A DNA stretch of 62,575 nucleotides, filler included, from Stramenopiles sp. TOSAG23-3 (Eukaryota): the NCBI GenBank assembly GCA_900128585.1. It is 6 parts of 6 records of this genome, joined end to end, with 100 filler letters (N's around TTAATTAATTAA, not from the genome) between each part and the next. Parts side by side here need not be neighbours in the genome. Positions count along the whole stretch, not along the records: positions 48,679 to 60,739 come from LT642714.1; positions 60,840 to 62,575 come from LT645467.1; 4 more parts are not named here. One strand, written 5' to 3'. Position 1 is the stretch's first letter, and every line of letters starts with the position of its first letter. The translations under genes were made by a program, and so were the position numbers. This document shows, piece after piece, positions 59,266 through 62,575 of this stretch. Under the pieces are notes generated by a model. It saw only the letters and a list, made by a program, of their open reading frames with translations. It searched no databases and was not told where the DNA came from.

Positions 59266-60486
59266 TTAGAGAACCCCAGAAGTACGGAGAGAATCGATGA
59301 CGCCTTGTTCCAGGCCAACGATGCTGTTTAAAACTTCATCCGTATGCTGTCCCAGCAGCGGGGGGGGCAAACGGATCTCTGCCGGGGTTTCGCTGTATTT
59401 CACGGCGGGGCCAACCAATTGGATATTACCGATCGTCGGATGATGTATGGTCTGCACCATGTCTCTTGCATGCACTTGTGGGTCCTTAAAAACTTCTGAT
59501 ATAGGGTTTATTGGGGCACAAGGAACGCCGTCTTTGCCCCCTAACAGGGCCAGCCAGTGATCAATACTTTCCGTTGCAAACTTCTCTGAAAGCAAGTGCA
59601 CTATCTCATCACGGTTTGCCACCCTCGCCGGGTTTGTTTTGAATTTTTCATCCCCTGCAAGTTCGGCCATTCCAATAGCCTCTGCCATTCGCTTAAATTG
59701 CTTGTCGTTGCCCACGCACAGCAAAAATTGACCGTCCTCGGCATGAAAGCCTTGGTACGGCACAATCGATTCGTGGCCGGTGCCCACACGACGCCCTTCC
59801 ATGCCTGCTACCAGGTAATTTTGGCCTATGTTTGCGAGAGACGCGACTTGCGATTCCAGAAGGGAGCAATCGACTTTTTGGCCGAGCCCGCCGTTCTTGC
59901 CTCGTGCGATCAGTGCAGCAAGCGTCGCGCTTTTCGCATACAGCCCTGTGGTTAGATCTGTCATGGCAACCCCGATCTTACACGGTACATCTTCCGTACC
60001 CGTGATAGCCATGATGCCACCCATGGCCTCAACGACGACGTCATACCCCGGCAGCTCTGCGTAGGGTCCAGTCGGGCCGTACCCACTAATGCTCACGTAA
60101 ATAAGGCCCGGGTTGATTTCCTTCAGCCTATCGTATCCCAGACCCATGGAGTCCAACTTTCCAGGCAGATAATTCTCTACCAGCACATCCGATTCAGCGA
60201 CCAGTTTTTCTACAATCCCGACGCCTTCCTCTTTCTTTAAGTCGATCGTTATCGACTTCTTATTCCTATTCACACATAGAAAATACGCACTTTCATTCCC
60301 TTCCTCAGTAAACGGGGGACCCCAGCGACGCGTATCGTCTCCGACCCCAGGCCGTTCAACTTTGATAACCTCAGCACCTAAATCCCCAAGCATCATGGTC
60401 GCATACGGACCTGCCAGGATACGAGTCAAATCCAGTACACGAACACCACTTAGAGCAGAGCGAAGCAGGTTGGACGGAACACTCAT
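59266..60486 (-). CDS. Family III CoA-transferase (CaiB/BaiF, SUGCT-like)
   Basis: LSGVRVLDLTRILAGPYATMMLGDLGAEVIKVERPG.GDDTRRWGPPF, NRNKKSITIDLK, ENYLPG, GVAMTDLTTG, PPPLLGQHTDEVL. Start uncertain. Confidence 0.93.
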   Translation of the reverse strand: MSVPSNLLRSALSGVRVLDLTRILAGPYATMMLGDLGAEVIKVERPGVGDDTRRWGPPFTEEGNESAYFLCVNRNKKSITIDLKKEEGVGIVEKLVAESDVLVENYLPGKLDSMGLGYDRLKEINPGLIYVSISGYGPTGPYAELPGYDVVVEAMGGIMAITGTEDVPCKIGVAMTDLTTGLYAKSATLAALIARGKNGGLGQKVDCSLLESQVASLANIGQNYLVAGMEGRRVGTGHESIVPYQGFHAEDGQFLLCVGNDKQFKRMAEAIGMAELAGDEKFKTNPARVANRDEIVHLLSEKFATESIDHWLALLGGKDGVPCAPINPISEVFKDPQVHARDMVQTIHHPTIGNIQLVGPAVKYSETPAEIRLPPPLLGQHTDEVLNSIVGLEQGVIDSLRTSGVL

Positions 60487-60739
60487 GCTCTCCTTTCGAA
60501 TGATAAAAGTACCACACACTACTGAACACAAACGCACTTGTATGTATTTAAATATGCTTCCTTCCGACGAACGATGAGAAGGGAATAATGCAACACTTTT
60601 CCACAAACTCACTCATTACTGTTTCATTTTCATACATACCTATAAAATTACTGTTGCTGATTTCACTCTGTATATTTCTCGTCCGCCGACCACGCCGCGC
60701 GTTCCACAACAACAAATTAAAAACAACAGGGGACTGTTA

Positions 60740-60839
60740 NNNNNNNNNNNNNNNNNNNNNNNNNNNNNNNNNNNNNNNNNNNNTTAATTAATTAANNNNN
60801 NNNNNNNNNNNNNNNNNNNNNNNNNNNNNNNNNNNNNNN
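60740..60839. other. Artificial contig spacer
   Basis: N44-TTAATTAATTAA-N44. Confidence 0.98.
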
Positions 60840-60918
60840 GAAGAAAGAAGAAAGAAGAAAGAAGAAAGAAGAAAGAAGAAAGAAGAAAGAAGAAAGAAGA
60901 AAGAAGAAAGAAGAAGAA
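60840..60918 (+). repeat. (GAAAGAA)n tandem repeat at contig start
   Basis: Directly visible. Confidence 0.93.
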
Positions 60919-61641
60919 CACAACATGAGAAAATAAAATTTTACAATGTAACAAGGTGAGAAAACAAAAAAAGATGAAGCTGTTTAAAATTAATTTTACC
61001 TATGTATAATTATTTATATTTTCCTATATAATATAATAATCTTAAATTTATACTTATTATAAACCAAGAGTTTAATTTACTAAAAAATAATGATGACAGG
61101 AAGACAGCACAGATTTAATAAAAAATCAGGCTTTGTTGGTTCGTTATTTTATTCTTATATATTATATATAGACACAGCAAGAAGTGGTTCGAAGCAGAAG
61201 AAAAAAATAACGGCATCTTGGATTATTTCAGTGCTATGTAATGTAATTTGAATAATCATCTCATGTTATTTGCTTTTAATACCACCACTCTTATTAACTA
61301 TGCATTCAACAAGAGACAAGAGAGAAGAGGAAGAAAAAGAAGTTTATAGTAGTAGTACAACAACAACAATGAAAAAACAAAAAGAATCAAGTACCCTTGG
61401 TTGGCACTACAACTTGAAAGGAATTGTTAAAGGAGAGAAAGAAAGAGAGAGAGAACGAAAGAAAGAAAGAGAGAGAACGGTTTGTTTGCTTAAAAGTAAA
61501 ACCAAAGTAATTGTGTGCAACGTGTCTCTTTAAGGGGAAAGTATTGTGTGAATTTCTTGTACTTGCATTCACGTTTGTATTAGCAACTTTGGGTGTGTGT
61601 GTGTGTGCGTGTTCTCTTCCGGAGTGAGTCAATAGTTAGCA

Positions 61642-62575
61642 ATGTCCTCCCACGCTACCACTTCACGGGGTGGAAAATCGGGCCAAAAAGGTCGGTCGAC
61701 CAAAGGGAAAAAAAGGGTCGCCGATAATGACATTCCCCCGCACAAAAATATTCCCTCCCACCTGAAATACCCCAAGTACCGCAAGGTCGATGAAGCGACG
61801 GTCATGGCGCTCGCGCAAGGCAGCAGCTATGCGTCCATCACCAAATCAAAAAGCGACTTGGCAAAGACAAAGCCAAGCGTCATGTTAAAGGATCTAAAGG
61901 CAACGCGGGACCCTGCAGAAGACGGCGAATTGGTAAGGCCGAATCCTCCAGAAATTTTGGAATTTTTGAACATTGAAGACTATAGTGCTCAGAAAAATTG
62001 CACCGTCGCCATCGAGGAGCCACTGTTTCAGCCGTACCCCTCCAACTTAGTGTTTCGAAACTTCGAGCCCTTTGGCACTTACCACCAACGGCTTTACATG
62101 CGCAACAACGACTCGTTCGCTCGCAGGGTGCGCATTCTATCGCCGGACTCGCCGTTCTTTACCGTGCGTCCAGTGTTCGACGACCCAGTCCTGGCCGTGC
62201 CAAAAAATGGAAAGGTAGCGGCAGGGATGGAAGTGTGCTACATTGTGACCTTTCGTCCCCGAGAAAAGAGGGACTACAATTATAGTTTGATTTGCGTCAC
62301 GGAACGGGAAAAGTTCTCCTTGCCGATACGTGCGATTGGTACGAGGGCTTGCCTTGATTTCCCAGACGAAGTTGCCATGGGTGTCGCGCCCGTGAAACAC
62401 ACGGCAACGAAAACGTTTCTCGTAAGAAATGTCGGCGAAAAGGCGACAAAGTTTGCCCTGTCGGCCTCGGCGCCGTTTAACGTGGAACCGCGCAACGGGT
62501 TCGTTAGCCAAGGCGCGAGTGTACAAGTGACGCTTATGTTTACCCCAGAGGTGGCAATGCCGTACAATGGCGAGC
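61642..62575 (+). CDS. HYDIN: HYDIN, axonemal central pair protein, N-terminal part (runs off window)
   Basis: Not in the ORF track; hand translation gives PEILEFLNIEDYSAQK..EEPLFQPYPSNLVFRNFEP..MRNNDSFARRVRI..SPFF..KVAAGM..RDYNYSLICVTEREKFSLPIRAIG.RACLDFPD..PVK..TKTFLVRNVG, the HYDIN N-terminal ASH domains. Confidence 0.92.
   Translation, partial: MSSHATTSRGGKSGQKGRSTKGKKRVADNDIPPHKNIPSHLKYPKYRKVDEATVMALAQGSSYASITKSKSDLAKTKPSVMLKDLKATRDPAEDGELVRPNPPEILEFLNIEDYSAQKNCTVAIEEPLFQPYPSNLVFRNFEPFGTYHQRLYMRNNDSFARRVRILSPDSPFFTVRPVFDDPVLAVPKNGKVAAGMEVCYIVTFRPREKRDYNYSLICVTEREKFSLPIRAIGTRACLDFPDEVAMGVAPVKHTATKTFLVRNVGEKATKFALSASAPFNVEPRNGFVSQGASVQVTLMFTPEVAMPYNGE

Overview
This is eukaryotic nuclear DNA, not one locus. 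The window joins six contig pieces with identical 100-nt spacers (N44-TTAATTAATTAA-N44). The four complete contigs are 12069, 12066, 12064 and 12061 bp, so they are sorted by size and unlinked. The genome is gene-dense and apparently almost intron-free, with GC-rich coding regions and very AT-rich spacers carrying GAA/GAAA tracts. HYDIN indicates a flagellated microbial eukaryote; a stramenopile-like protist is my inference and is not established. Recognisable genes: COQ9 (partial), TPX2-like, YghU-type GST, GSTCD-like methyltransferase, enoyl-CoA hydratase, fidgetin-like AAA ATPase, UNC93-like MFS, PA200/Blm10, VPS53 (partial), XRCC4-like, a secretory JmjC protein, TLDc protein, acid ceramidase/NAAA, a frameshifted kinesin, family III CoA-transferase and HYDIN (partial). 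COQ9, HYDIN and a twin-CX9C gene fragment are missing from the supplied ORF track. The most notable observation is a 1783-aa protein fusing BPI/TULIP-like lumenal domains to two PqiA/LetA-type membrane domains and WW domains, a candidate single-chain lipid transport system. Others are a Ki-67-like FHA protein with a SAP domain, a PX-ABC1 kinase-beta-lactamase fusion, a >3350-aa EGF/kelch/IPT protein with an unrecognised Cys-containing repeat and a split propeller, and a 21-nt non-coding element shared between contigs. All family calls come from motif recognition by eye; no searches were run.
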